A stretch of DNA of 64,000 nt from a virus (taxonomy: Duplodnaviria; Heunggongvirae; Uroviricota; Caudoviricetes; Crassvirales), in the IMG/VR virus record IMGVR_UViG_3300023112_000001; one strand, written 5' to 3'. The position numbers and the translations under genes are program-made. Below the pieces are notes generated by a model that searched no databases, was not told the DNA's origin, and worked only from the letters and a program-made list of their open reading frames with translations. How positions within the stretch are numbered: the first letter of the stretch is position 1; every line of letters begins with the position of its first letter. Positions 10,310 to 19,887 of the stretch are shown one piece after another.

Positions 10310-10571
10310 TATTAATTTCTTTAAATAATTCTTCTTTAAGTGATAAAATAGAATCTTTATCAATTCTTTTAACTACTGTAAATCCCCCTGCCCTCATTCC
10401 GCCAAACTCTACTGCAACATCTTTAAGTTTAGCTTTTTCAGATGCTAATTTCAAAGTAGCTTTTATAGCGTCTTTTTGAGCTCGACTTATTATATTGTTT
10501 AAATCAAATTGACTAATTGAATAAGACGGTATACCTATTGTATATTCTTTAGCTTTCTTCATAACTACCAA
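10302..10571 (-). CDS. hypothetical protein (89 aa).
   Basis: ORF in the operon; no motifs. Confidence 0.4.
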   Translation of the reverse strand: MVVMKKAKEYTIGIPSYSISQFDLNNIISRAQKDAIKATLKLASEKAKLKDVAVEFGGMRAGGFTVVKRIDKDSILSLKEELFKEINNE

Positions 10572-10954
10572 TCTATGTTAATTGCATACTCTCCAGCTTC
10601 AATTAATCCTCTTTTATGTAAATCATTTGCTACTGTATTTATATCAGGATAAAAATTTCTTTCCCAAAATAAATTAATAACCCACCTCTCTGTTTCTTTA
10701 CCTACTTGTTTTTTAGGACTACGTTTTAGCCATTTATTAAATTTAACCCCCATAATCTCGCCATTAATTATTTCTGGTATATCTTCCTCCATTTCTTCAT
10801 CTTCTGTATAATCTGATGGAATGGTTAAATTAAACACACCTCTAGGCTTACAACCTTCTTGTTGTTGAAAAGAATATGGTTTATTATATGTTTTTCTTAT
10901 AAGATCATCCCAATCTTGTACTTCTATAAATTTTTTATTACTTATTTTAATCAT
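10565..10954 (-). CDS. hypothetical acidic protein (129 aa).
   Basis: ORF with tight overlaps; no motifs. Confidence 0.45.
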   Translation of the reverse strand: MIKISNKKFIEVQDWDDLIRKTYNKPYSFQQQEGCKPRGVFNLTIPSDYTEDEEMEEDIPEIINGEIMGVKFNKWLKRSPKKQVGKETERWVINLFWERNFYPDINTVANDLHKRGLIEAGEYAINIDW

Positions 10955-11747
10955 TATTATTTAATTTATATTTCCAAATAAATCCTTGAGAAGTTTTTGT
11001 TTTATTAATACAATTTGCATTTATAGCTTTGTAAGATAAATTTAATTTTTCTGAAGCTATTTTAGCATTTTCCCATTCTTTAATAACTTTATTATTTAAA
11101 TCAAACTGTAGTACTGGTTTAGAATTATGATGATCTTTTCCAGTTTTGCCAAACATAGGATTTTTAATTCCTTTTTTTGCATTTGATAAATTAACACTTG
11201 CTTCTTTTGAAGTTTTTCTACCTTTAGAAGATTTAGATATCCCTTCTCTTCTTTGCAATTCCATTTTTTCTGAAATATTTCTATTTTTAGCGGAAACACT
11301 TTGTTTTAATCTTGATTCTTTAGAATGAATCTTACCTTTCCATACATTATTTTCTTTAAGTCTGTTTTTAGTTGCAATAGACATTTTTAGCTTAGAGCCC
11401 TCGGAATGTTTTTTATTTTTCATTGGACTCTTTTTACCGCGCATATTTTTAGAAAATAATTTTTTAGCATGATCATAAGATTTAGAAGATGGGATAAATC
11501 TTCCAGTTTTACTTCCATTACACATCATCCAAAAAGCATAAATTAATTTTTCATTTTCGGGATATATTTTTATTAATATATAGTGAACTAAATAATGTTC
11601 TTTAGCGGTAAGTAAAACTATATTATTTTTTTTATTATCTCCACCTAAGCATTTAGGTATAATATGATGTTTTTCATAATAATTATTTGTTTTGATTCTA
11701 AATTTTCCTATCGTAATAATTTTATTATAAATTTTTATATAATCCAT
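10947..11747 (-). CDS. free-standing HNH homing endonuclease with C-terminal NUMOD-like DNA-binding repeats.
   Basis: HNH core EKHHIIPKCLGGDNKKNNIVLLTAKEHYLVH; C-terminal repeated GK(K/T)xS/HS..SK.K.S basic modules resembling NUMOD3. Confidence 0.75.
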   Translation of the reverse strand: MDYIKIYNKIITIGKFRIKTNNYYEKHHIIPKCLGGDNKKNNIVLLTAKEHYLVHYILIKIYPENEKLIYAFWMMCNGSKTGRFIPSSKSYDHAKKLFSKNMRGKKSPMKNKKHSEGSKLKMSIATKNRLKENNVWKGKIHSKESRLKQSVSAKNRNISEKMELQRREGISKSSKGRKTSKEASVNLSNAKKGIKNPMFGKTGKDHHNSKPVLQFDLNNKVIKEWENAKIASEKLNLSYKAINANCINKTKTSQGFIWKYKLNNND

Positions 11748-11799
11748 ATATTTTACTTTTCAATAAAGATAAGTAAAATTATTGATATACACAAATTTT

Positions 11800-12393
11800 T
11801 TATGGAACAAATAAGCAGGACGGGTTGTCAGGATGAATATCTACCTCAATGGGAATTTTCTTTTTAAACTCATCCCTATTAAATGGTTTTGTAATTAAAT
11901 GGTGCCCATTTTTAGTTTCAATTATATCTATACCTTTTTCTCCTTTTGGAGACAATGGTGTTAGTATCATTAAAATACCTTTTAGATTAACATCTTCTAA
12001 TTTTTCATCAATATCAATAATCCATTTTTTAGAATCTCCAGATTCAGCACTAAATCTATTACAACAAGAATTAAAAGCATCTTTTGCTGGAATGTAATTA
12101 TTATTTATAATGCAATCAGATAAACTTTTCATTGTTTGCAAAGCTATTGTTTTAAAGCTTCTTCTATTAAGATTAAAATATGCTCTAGCTTTATAATAAT
12201 TACACATGTCTATTATCTCTTTTTTGTGAGAAATAAGCTGCTCTTTAGACTTTATATAGAATACATGTACAACTTTAGAAGATTTTTCTAAACCAGGATT
12301 TTCTTTCTTACGTCTTATTATCTGTAAAAAATAAAAATCATCTTCACTTCTAAAATCCATTAAATCTAGAATTTTATTGAAATTATCTACCAT
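11800..12393 (-). CDS. hypothetical protein (197 aa).
   Basis: ORF only. Confidence 0.45.
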   Translation of the reverse strand: MVDNFNKILDLMDFRSEDDFYFLQIIRRKKENPGLEKSSKVVHVFYIKSKEQLISHKKEIIDMCNYYKARAYFNLNRRSFKTIALQTMKSLSDCIINNNYIPAKDAFNSCCNRFSAESGDSKKWIIDIDEKLEDVNLKGILMILTPLSPKGEKGIDIIETKNGHHLITKPFNRDEFKKKIPIEVDIHPDNPSCLFVP

Positions 12394-12626
12394 TATTTCA
12401 TTATTATTTTTTTTCTTTTTGGTTTTTTTGCTGACTTACTTGCAGTTCCTTCTTGCTGCTCCAATAACCATCTATATTCTTGTGGTGTAACAAAATCCAT
12501 ATCTCGATCTTTGTTTTCATCACAATTCATCCATGCATGAATTTGTAGCACATCAGTAAATTCTTTATGATGGTTTAGATCATTTACATCTACAGCTATC
12601 ATTTTATAATTTTTAATTACTACCAT
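12393..12626 (-). CDS. hypothetical protein (77 aa).
   Basis: ORF only; basic C-terminus. Confidence 0.4.
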   Translation of the reverse strand: MVVIKNYKMIAVDVNDLNHHKEFTDVLQIHAWMNCDENKDRDMDFVTPQEYRWLLEQQEGTASKSAKKPKRKKIIMK

Positions 12627-12627
12627 T

Positions 12628-12867
12628 TTAAGTTAGTTTTTTAGTTATTAATATATTATCTTCTATAGCCTCTATTTCTCCATCTACAGCTTCTTTGTAT
12701 AACTTTTGTTTTAAACAGCTTCTTCTTAATTTATTATAAGTATTTCTGGCTACTTTAGATTTACGTTTATTTCCTAATTTATTATCACAGCATTGGCACT
12801 TAATTCCACCTATTCCTGTATATTTAAAACCAGCTTTCTTATATAAATCTTTCATATTATTTTGCAA
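12628..12867 (-). CDS. hypothetical small Cys-containing, Lys/Arg-rich protein (79 aa), possibly nucleic-acid binding.
   Basis: C-x-C-C motif (GGIKCQCCDNK) followed by a very basic segment. Confidence 0.4.
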   Translation of the reverse strand: MQNNMKDLYKKAGFKYTGIGGIKCQCCDNKLGNKRKSKVARNTYNKLRRSCLKQKLYKEAVDGEIEAIEDNILITKKLT

Positions 12868-13621
12868 TTATATTAAACCCATTATTTATTAAATCCTCTA
12901 CTATAGAATTATTTATATTTATTTTATATGGAGCTTTTATCTCTTTCCCATTAAAAACAAAATATAAATTATGACTATTCCCAATCATATTTTTAAATAT
13001 ATAAGGTTTAAGTTGCACCATATTATAGAATACATCAGATTCAATATATATATCAGAAATAAATTTAGTTACATTAAAATTTTCCGCTTCAGTTATCATA
13101 GATACAGATGCCGAACCTCTGTCACTATTATAATTAACTTTAACTAAATATACTCTATTTAAAAATAACTTTGGGATTAATTCTTTATATTGTTTGCCAA
13201 ATAAATAAAATTCATAAGACCCAGTTTCATCCTCAAAAGATAATTTAGCGTATTTATTTCCACTAACTTTAGCGGTCATATGTTTTATTTGTGTTAAATC
13301 TCCAATAAATTTTAAGTTTTTATTATTTTCATTTAATAAAAAAATATCTTTTAAATTAGTATTACAAATTTTGCTTTTGATTAATTGATATTTAGATAAT
13401 TTATTATATGAAATACATAAACCTAAAACCTCTCTTTCTTTCGATAGTAATTCGTTTACATCTATTTTTGATTTTAATTTTAATTCTAAGTTAGAATCTT
13501 CTTCAGCTCCAAATAAAGATAATTGATTTCTATCATTTTTTTTATATTTGCTATAAAGACCATCGGCATTGTCTAATAATGTTTGCCTATAAATTAAAAT
13601 ATCTTCAGCTTCTTTATACAT
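12857..13621 (-). CDS. hypothetical protein (254 aa).
   Basis: ORF only. Confidence 0.45.
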   Translation of the reverse strand: MYKEAEDILIYRQTLLDNADGLYSKYKKNDRNQLSLFGAEEDSNLELKLKSKIDVNELLSKEREVLGLCISYNKLSKYQLIKSKICNTNLKDIFLLNENNKNLKFIGDLTQIKHMTAKVSGNKYAKLSFEDETGSYEFYLFGKQYKELIPKLFLNRVYLVKVNYNSDRGSASVSMITEAENFNVTKFISDIYIESDVFYNMVQLKPYIFKNMIGNSHNLYFVFNGKEIKAPYKININNSIVEDLINNGFNIIAK

Positions 13622-13717
13622 AACATATAATTTTAAAAAAATATAGAGAGGTTTTTACACCCCTCTATAAATCACTAACACTAACTATTTACTAACCACT
13701 TATTATGAAAAATATTA

Positions 13718-15460
13718 TTATATTCCGCAGGTTCCGCCTTTGCCACTTATCGAGCAAACGTCATGAAATTCTTCTTTAAACTCTTTCCCTTCATGTTCTA
13801 AGGCTTCTTTATACGAGACTCTTGTTAATGGTTGACCACCTCTACTTCCATCAGGATAACAGGTAAACCCTCTTAACCTATGAGCGTACTTTAATAATGT
13901 TTTAGCAAATTTATTTACCTTTGTTTCATTATTAAGTTCCGTTCCCCAAGGTGGTAAATTAATTGTACTCGATATACTCATATCAACATAATCTTGAATA
14001 TCAGCTTGAAATTTAATTCTTTTCTCAAAATTATTTGCTAAATCTAAAGCAGTCTCTATTTTATCAGGATCTATATTATACTTCTCTACAAGTATTTTCG
14101 TAGTTCCATCAATAACATATTGATAATGCCAAGAATCACCATTTTTAAGATATCTGCGCTTATAAGCTGCTGCAAATAAAGGCTCTCCAGAAGTTGAAGT
14201 TCCTGCTAAAATTCCAATTGTACCAGTTGGCGCCAATGCTCTAAACGCTGCTGGTATATTAATGCCTAGCTTATTAGCTAACTCTATAGCTCCTGTTTCG
14301 CTATTAGTCTTATACACTTCTAGCCAATTCTGTAACTCATTCGTTACGGTATAATCATAACCTCTAGTAAGAAGCCATTCATGAATACCCATTAAGCCTA
14401 ATCCAAGCCTTCTGTTTTGCTCTCTAACCTCTTCTATTTTCTTATATGGTAATTGAGCCTTTAATGTACCGCATAGTAAAAATCTACTAGCTAAATAGCA
14501 TATTCTTTGGAATTCTTCAATTGATTCAATTCTTGACATATTCACAGAACCTAAATTACATACATCAGAATCATCTTCAGAAGTAACCTCAGTACACGCG
14601 TTTCTTAATGTCTCATTAACCTTTTCAAAGAAATTAAAGCTAAATCCAGGTTCTCCTGATTTCATAGCTTGACGACAATTTTCAATAAATGTCATTGGAA
14701 TATATTTAAACTCCAATTCTTTACCAGATTGAAATCTTCTTTTTATATCATCTATCGGTAAATCATAAACTGTTTCCAGAAATTTATTATCATAATTCAC
14801 ACTGATATTAGTCATATCTAAAGGAGCTGGATAATTGAAATCCTTTTCTTTTAATTGACCTATAGTAAGATTTTTTCCATTATCATCATAGGCACCACTG
14901 ATAGGCATATTATACCAATCTTTAGAGTGCATATATTCTCCAATATCTCCATGTCTCCAATTTAATGATGCGTATATAGCACTTCTTCTAGAACCTCCCT
15001 GCATGACATTACGACCAATTTCATTGATCATATACATTTTAGGTATTGGTCCAGAAGCTAATCCGCCAGTTTTTTTAATTATAGATCCCTTAGATCTGTA
15101 TATAGAGTAATCATTTCCTATTCCTCCGCCAGTCATAAGACAAGATTCCGCCTTCCAACTTAAATTAGCCCAATCTTCTCTAGAATCTTCCTCAGATTTT
15201 AATAGAAAGCAATTATTATAAAATTTATTTTTCCTATTAGCGTAATAAAGATATCTACCACCTGCAATAAATTTCATCTCCGAATGATACCTTATTAACT
15301 CATCAACCTCCTCTTTAGGTAAAATATCTCCACATACATTTTGCATTAATTTTGTAGATAATTTCTCCCATGTTTCGCAACCCTTATGGGCATATTTATT
15401 TTCAAAAATATCTTTTGCAAAATCTGTTCTAAAAACATCAACCTTGTTGTTTTTATTCAT
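13718..15460 (-). CDS. ribonucleotide reductase catalytic subunit (probably class II, B12-dependent type).
   Basis: RNR active-site-like motifs RNACTEV (compare SNLCTEI) and CNLGSVNMS (compare class II CNLGS(I/L)NL); C-terminal Cys pair CSISGKGGTCGI; 580 aa. Confidence 0.6.
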   Translation of the reverse strand: MNKNNKVDVFRTDFAKDIFENKYAHKGCETWEKLSTKLMQNVCGDILPKEEVDELIRYHSEMKFIAGGRYLYYANRKNKFYNNCFLLKSEEDSREDWANLSWKAESCLMTGGGIGNDYSIYRSKGSIIKKTGGLASGPIPKMYMINEIGRNVMQGGSRRSAIYASLNWRHGDIGEYMHSKDWYNMPISGAYDDNGKNLTIGQLKEKDFNYPAPLDMTNISVNYDNKFLETVYDLPIDDIKRRFQSGKELEFKYIPMTFIENCRQAMKSGEPGFSFNFFEKVNETLRNACTEVTSEDDSDVCNLGSVNMSRIESIEEFQRICYLASRFLLCGTLKAQLPYKKIEEVREQNRRLGLGLMGIHEWLLTRGYDYTVTNELQNWLEVYKTNSETGAIELANKLGINIPAAFRALAPTGTIGILAGTSTSGEPLFAAAYKRRYLKNGDSWHYQYVIDGTTKILVEKYNIDPDKIETALDLANNFEKRIKFQADIQDYVDMSISSTINLPPWGTELNNETKVNKFAKTLLKYAHRLRGFTCYPDGSRGGQPLTRVSYKEALEHEGKEFKEEFHDVCSISGKGGTCGI

Positions 15461-15465
15461 ATAAC

Positions 15466-15996
15466 TTATAATTTAAATGTTTCGCTTAACGTGTCTGGAA
15501 TACTTGATAATTCAATATCCCTTGGTATTTTCATATTTAACTTTTTTTCTAACTCTTCTCTTCTTTGAGGGCTTTTAGAAAATATTTGATTTATCTCTGC
15601 ACTAAAACTAAGGCTTACATTATCCTTAGAGGATTTTAATACTATTATTTTATTATCATTCTCAAATTCTGAATATCTTCCATTAATAAAATTAATATAA
15701 TCATTTGATAATTCTTTTGGAATATTTAAGTATATAAAATAATATTCTTCAGCAATGGTTAACCCTTTAAAGATACTACTTTTTTTTAAATTTGATAAAT
15801 ATTTTTGAAATATATTATTTTTTTCTTTTGGTTTATTTAATTGTAATATGAATTGTTCTTTTAATTGATCATCTACTTTATTATAGCAATAACATTCTTT
15901 TAAAAACTCGATAAATAAATTTTCGGTTAATTCAGAATTTTCACTTTTTAAATACTTACAATATAACGGTAATAGGTAAGTAAATGATTTATTCAT
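15466..15996 (-). CDS. hypothetical protein (176 aa).
   Basis: ORF only. Confidence 0.45.
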   Translation of the reverse strand: MNKSFTYLLPLYCKYLKSENSELTENLFIEFLKECYCYNKVDDQLKEQFILQLNKPKEKNNIFQKYLSNLKKSSIFKGLTIAEEYYFIYLNIPKELSNDYINFINGRYSEFENDNKIIVLKSSKDNVSLSFSAEINQIFSKSPQRREELEKKLNMKIPRDIELSSIPDTLSETFKL

Positions 15997-16009
15997 ATCT
16001 CCTCCTTTG

Positions 16010-17026
16010 TTAATAAGGTCTTGTTAACTTAATAACACCTTTATTTTCATACTCCTCTCTAGTAACGTCATAAATTCCTGTTTCTTTATGAAACTTATAA
16101 TCTTCTAAATAATCAAGAATTCCTTTTCTTTGCTGACCTCTACTGTCTTTATAACCCTCAACATACATTGATACAGCTTCTTCATCTAACTCATACACTA
16201 AAGGAACTTCAGGTCTTTCTCTTGAAATATAAAGAAATTGAAATGGTAGTATTTTATAATCTCTTAATTCTTTATATCTATTCTTTAAATTCATTATAGC
16301 CAAATAATATAAAGACCCTTGAAGCCAATATTTATATTGAAAATAATTACCTTTCTGTCCAATAAAATTCGCTTTACTTCCAGTTTTTAAATCTATTGGT
16401 CGTAAAGTTTTCTCTTTATGATTAATTTGAAGAAAATCTAATAAGACTTTCATTTCAACACCATTTAATCTAAAGCTTAATGCTAATTGCCTGTACGACT
16501 CTATTTTCAATGGAGGACTTACTATATCCTTGCTATACTCATGCGTATGTAACACATTTAATATATTCTTAGCTAATTTTAAATCAGATTCAGATATAAC
16601 ATCCTTACCATTTTTTCTAGCTATCTCTCTATTGATAATAGTTTCTATTTCATTAGAAGTAACCTTTTTTAATCTTAAGTCATCTTTTTTAACTCCAGTC
16701 CATAATTTTAATTCATCAGAAATAACTAATCTACCTTCATTTGCTATCTCTAACTTATTTCTTTTGATTAATTCATCAACCAATAATTTGCTATGACCAC
16801 TTAATTCTGTATGCGGATAAACATATACGTCTGGCTCTTTATCTTCTGTAATAATTTTATCAATATATGATCCATAATCCATATATGTAGAATTAAATTC
16901 AGGTAATCCATCTCTTATAACCGTAACATCCCCTTCAGAAATTTTTTTTAATAAACTATTATTTACATTATTTGACTTCCTATAATCTTCTATTAATGAG
17001 CCTTTAATTACTTTTAGAAATTTCAT
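16010..17026 (-). CDS. PD-(D/E)XK nuclease (RecB/Cas4-like family); candidate recombination exonuclease.
   Basis: Motif III-like IDLKTGSK (D-x-K) and QxxxY-like YKYWLQGSLYYLAI typical of RecB-family nucleases. Confidence 0.45.
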   Translation of the reverse strand: MKFLKVIKGSLIEDYRKSNNVNNSLLKKISEGDVTVIRDGLPEFNSTYMDYGSYIDKIITEDKEPDVYVYPHTELSGHSKLLVDELIKRNKLEIANEGRLVISDELKLWTGVKKDDLRLKKVTSNEIETIINREIARKNGKDVISESDLKLAKNILNVLHTHEYSKDIVSPPLKIESYRQLALSFRLNGVEMKVLLDFLQINHKEKTLRPIDLKTGSKANFIGQKGNYFQYKYWLQGSLYYLAIMNLKNRYKELRDYKILPFQFLYISRERPEVPLVYELDEEAVSMYVEGYKDSRGQQRKGILDYLEDYKFHKETGIYDVTREEYENKGVIKLTRPY

Positions 17027-17136
17027 CTTTTTCTAATGTTTTAAAATGTTCCCTTATAATTTTTCCTAACTCTGCATCGTTTGGAGTCTCTTGAACTAAT
17101 TTACGCGCATATATATACACCTGAATCGCTCTTCCT

Positions 17137-17349
17137 TTATCCATTTTTTTTAGATTTAATATTTAATTCACTTATAATCCCATCTAATTTTACAATTCTA
17201 TTGTCGTTTGGAAATATTGCCATCATCGCCTCTGTTATTACTCTAGCACGACCATAATCTCCATCAGATATAGCTTCATTAAATTTCGCTCCTAAATGAA
17301 TTTCATCGTCAAAAATTTCTCTACCTAATTCATAAATTTTCTCTATCAT
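17137..17349 (-). CDS. hypothetical protein (70 aa).
   Basis: ORF only. Confidence 0.35.
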   Translation of the reverse strand: MIEKIYELGREIFDDEIHLGAKFNEAISDGDYGRARVITEAMMAIFPNDNRIVKLDGIISELNIKSKKNG

Positions 17350-17855
17350 AGTGTATTAATTTGAATTATTATCTCTCTATCTTCTAGATCATCAACTTGC
17401 TGATACTCATATTCAATTTTAGTTAAATATTGTATCGAATCATCAGGTATAATCTTGGCTTTAACTATGCAGTCATTGCCAGTTTTTATTAATATTCCTG
17501 CAAGGTTTTCTATATCCCAATTAGGAATATAACCTTCTTTAGGGTACTTCCAATTTACCTCACCTTTTCTTCGCTGTATTGCCCCATGATTTATAACTGT
17601 TTTTATTATATATTTAATACTAACTGGGGTCTCTATCTCCAATCCTCTTGGAATATAACTTAAAAAATAATGATGTAAACTTTTTACTGCCGTGTTCCTC
17701 CCAAATCTAGCAATAGCTCCATTATAGATATTTTGGCTATTAACCTTTATGTATCTATTAGGAGCTTTTTTATTGCTAGTATACGGTATATGAGTAGGAA
17801 ACTTAGGGAATCTAAGTTCTATCATTTTGTTTTTGTCTCCAATTTTTAAAATCAA
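17346..17855 (-). CDS. RusA-like Holliday-junction resolvase (putative).
   Basis: NWDIENLAGILIKTGNDCI...IPDDSIQ resembles the RusA DxDNxxK...D...DD catalytic pattern. Confidence 0.45.
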   Translation of the reverse strand: MILKIGDKNKMIELRFPKFPTHIPYTSNKKAPNRYIKVNSQNIYNGAIARFGRNTAVKSLHHYFLSYIPRGLEIETPVSIKYIIKTVINHGAIQRRKGEVNWKYPKEGYIPNWDIENLAGILIKTGNDCIVKAKIIPDDSIQYLTKIEYEYQQVDDLEDREIIIQINTL

Positions 17856-18810
17856 GCGCTATTCTAGAATTAACAGTCATGCCACCACCTTGTTGCATAT
17901 ATCTGAAATGCGCAAAATTTAACATATCCTTTTCAGAATACTTAGGTTTATTTTCTTTAGCATATATTTCTGCTGCTTTTTTAGTTGAAAAAGCTTTGCT
18001 AGTATAGGATAAAGTCCTACTTATAGCTGGGAAATTACCAATATCAAAATCTTTATCTGAAACATACCAATAATTATCCCCTTTAAACATATTAACCCCA
18101 TCTTCGGTAACAAATAAAATCTTTTTTGATTCTATGTATTTTAAAGCTAATTTTTTTGTAGAGAAATACATAAAACTTTTTTCACTTCCATTATATTTGT
18201 ACATATAATTATGACTATCATAACCATATAGCTTATTTTCACTTATTTGTACAGCACATGATTTATCCCCTTCATATATATCTACACCATCTTCAGTTAC
18301 AAATAGAGGTTTTTTATATGCTTTAATTATACTCAATTTAGCTCCATATACTCTACAGTTTGTATTTCTTCTTACTTTTACTCTTATACCGTAGTCACAT
18401 AATTCAAAAGAGTCTATAATATTATTTTTATTATGACCAATATCTATACTATCTCCAACTGTAAATACTTCTCCATCAGATAGTCTTTTTATTGAATATA
18501 TTGAATAAAGATCACTTTCTAATATATCTTCTGTTGTATAGCCTGAAGTTATTGCTTTTCCATTTATATTTCTACACCAACAACCTATATTTATATTGCT
18601 ACCAAAATTTGTAAATAAATCTTTTAAGTCAGAGTTTTGTTTAAAACTTAATATCTCATAATCCTTCTCTTCAACTTTCTCCCAAAATTCTGGAAAATTT
18701 GGAGCTTCATCATGCGTGGCTTTGGTTCCTTTCCCATCGCAAATATCGCCGACCTCCCATTGTTTCCCTGATCCTGCAGGATATCGTTTTACGCATTTAT
18801 ATTTGATCAT
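17812..18810 (-). CDS. hypothetical protein with an internal tandem repeat (332 aa).
   Basis: Repeated segments KPLFVTEDGVDIYEGDKS and KILFVTEDGVNMFKGDNY. Confidence 0.45.
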   Translation of the reverse strand: MIKYKCVKRYPAGSGKQWEVGDICDGKGTKATHDEAPNFPEFWEKVEEKDYEILSFKQNSDLKDLFTNFGSNINIGCWCRNINGKAITSGYTTEDILESDLYSIYSIKRLSDGEVFTVGDSIDIGHNKNNIIDSFELCDYGIRVKVRRNTNCRVYGAKLSIIKAYKKPLFVTEDGVDIYEGDKSCAVQISENKLYGYDSHNYMYKYNGSEKSFMYFSTKKLALKYIESKKILFVTEDGVNMFKGDNYWYVSDKDFDIGNFPAISRTLSYTSKAFSTKKAAEIYAKENKPKYSEKDMLNFAHFRYMQQGGGMTVNSRIALDFKNWRQKQNDRT

Positions 18811-19232
18811 TTTATTATTCCTCCGTTTTTATCAATTTTATCTTCTGTTAAATATTCTTCAATTTTAGTTACGTCAATAACAAACGACATTGTCATCCCG
18901 CCTTTAGGATTTTGAAATGGCTCATTTTTTTGTACTAAAAATGGAGTTATAACTTCTTCGTACAGTTCAAAATTATCCTCCCTATCTAATGCAATACAAT
19001 GAGGTTTGTCACACATCAATCTTTTAGAAACAACTAATTCTTCAAATACTACTCTAGGGTTATGACTCATATTAGATATACCTCTAACAGCAAATAGTCC
19101 ACAAGAGCCTAGTGGAGAATTTGAAGCTATTATGTAAGAATATTCACAAGGTTGTATAATATCAAAAATACTTGGCTCACTTTTATGTTTTTTATTTATG
19201 ACTACTGGCTTTTTACCATTTAATAATTTCAT
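18807..19232 (-). CDS. hypothetical protein (141 aa).
   Basis: ORF only; dUTPase and dCTP-deaminase motifs were looked for and not found. Confidence 0.4.
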   Translation of the reverse strand: MKLLNGKKPVVINKKHKSEPSIFDIIQPCEYSYIIASNSPLGSCGLFAVRGISNMSHNPRVVFEELVVSKRLMCDKPHCIALDREDNFELYEEVITPFLVQKNEPFQNPKGGMTMSFVIDVTKIEEYLTEDKIDKNGGIIK

Positions 19233-19887
19233 TATTTAAATTTTTAGTTATTTTATCAATTTTTTTAAAGCTAAAGTCCCACCTATTTCCTTTATAACTT
19301 AATTCTAATGGATGTTCAGCTTCAATAATATAATTATTGTCGCTAATATGCTTTTTATATTTTTTAATATAATTACCCCATAAGCAATAAACAATCCCGG
19401 GATTATTTTCAGATAAAGTTTCTAATAAATATTTAATAAATACATCCCATTGTTTTACATGAGATTTACTAGTTCCAGCTTCAATTGTTAGAGATGAGTT
19501 TAATAATAAAACTCCTTGTTTAGCCCAAGACTCTAGCGTTGTATCAAAATTAAGATCTAATCCATTATAATAATCTTCCTCAACATTCTTTTTTATGCTC
19601 ATCAAAGATGGGCTTAATAGAGGAGATTCTAATGAATTTCCAAAAGCTAACCCATTTGCTTTTATGCTTAAAGGTGGGCAATGACCAATAATTACAACTT
19701 TTAAATCTCTATACTTTGTTAATCTAAAAGCTTTAAATACATCTTTTTGTTTTGGATATATTGCAGCTTTTTTTTTATAAAGCTCTTGTAAATATTCAAT
19801 TAAATTTTTAAAATAATTTGAAGCCAGTACAGGGCGCAAAACCCCATACCAGTCTCCAAATATTTTTCTTGCTACTTTTTCATTCAT
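19213..19887 (-). CDS. uracil-DNA glycosylase family-1 homologue with a remodelled catalytic motif (GQDPY replaced by GHCPP).
   Basis: Family-1 UDG motifs VVIIGHCPPLS...NGLAFG (compare ILGQDPYHGP..GLCFSV), QGVLLLNSSLTIEAGTSKSH (compare GVLLLNxVLTVRAxxAxSH) and EAEHPLELSY (compare HPSPLS). The water-activating Asp is Cys and the thymine-excluding Tyr is Pro. Confidence 0.7.
   Translation of the reverse strand: MNEKVARKIFGDWYGVLRPVLASNYFKNLIEYLQELYKKKAAIYPKQKDVFKAFRLTKYRDLKVVIIGHCPPLSIKANGLAFGNSLESPLLSPSLMSIKKNVEEDYYNGLDLNFDTTLESWAKQGVLLLNSSLTIEAGTSKSHVKQWDVFIKYLLETLSENNPGIVYCLWGNYIKKYKKHISDNNYIIEAEHPLELSYKGNRWDFSFKKIDKITKNLNNEIIKW

Noticed and set aside
18807-19232. 141-aa protein as dUTPase or dCTP deaminase.
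   Set aside because: None of the five dUTPase motifs and no dCD signature could be recognised by eye.
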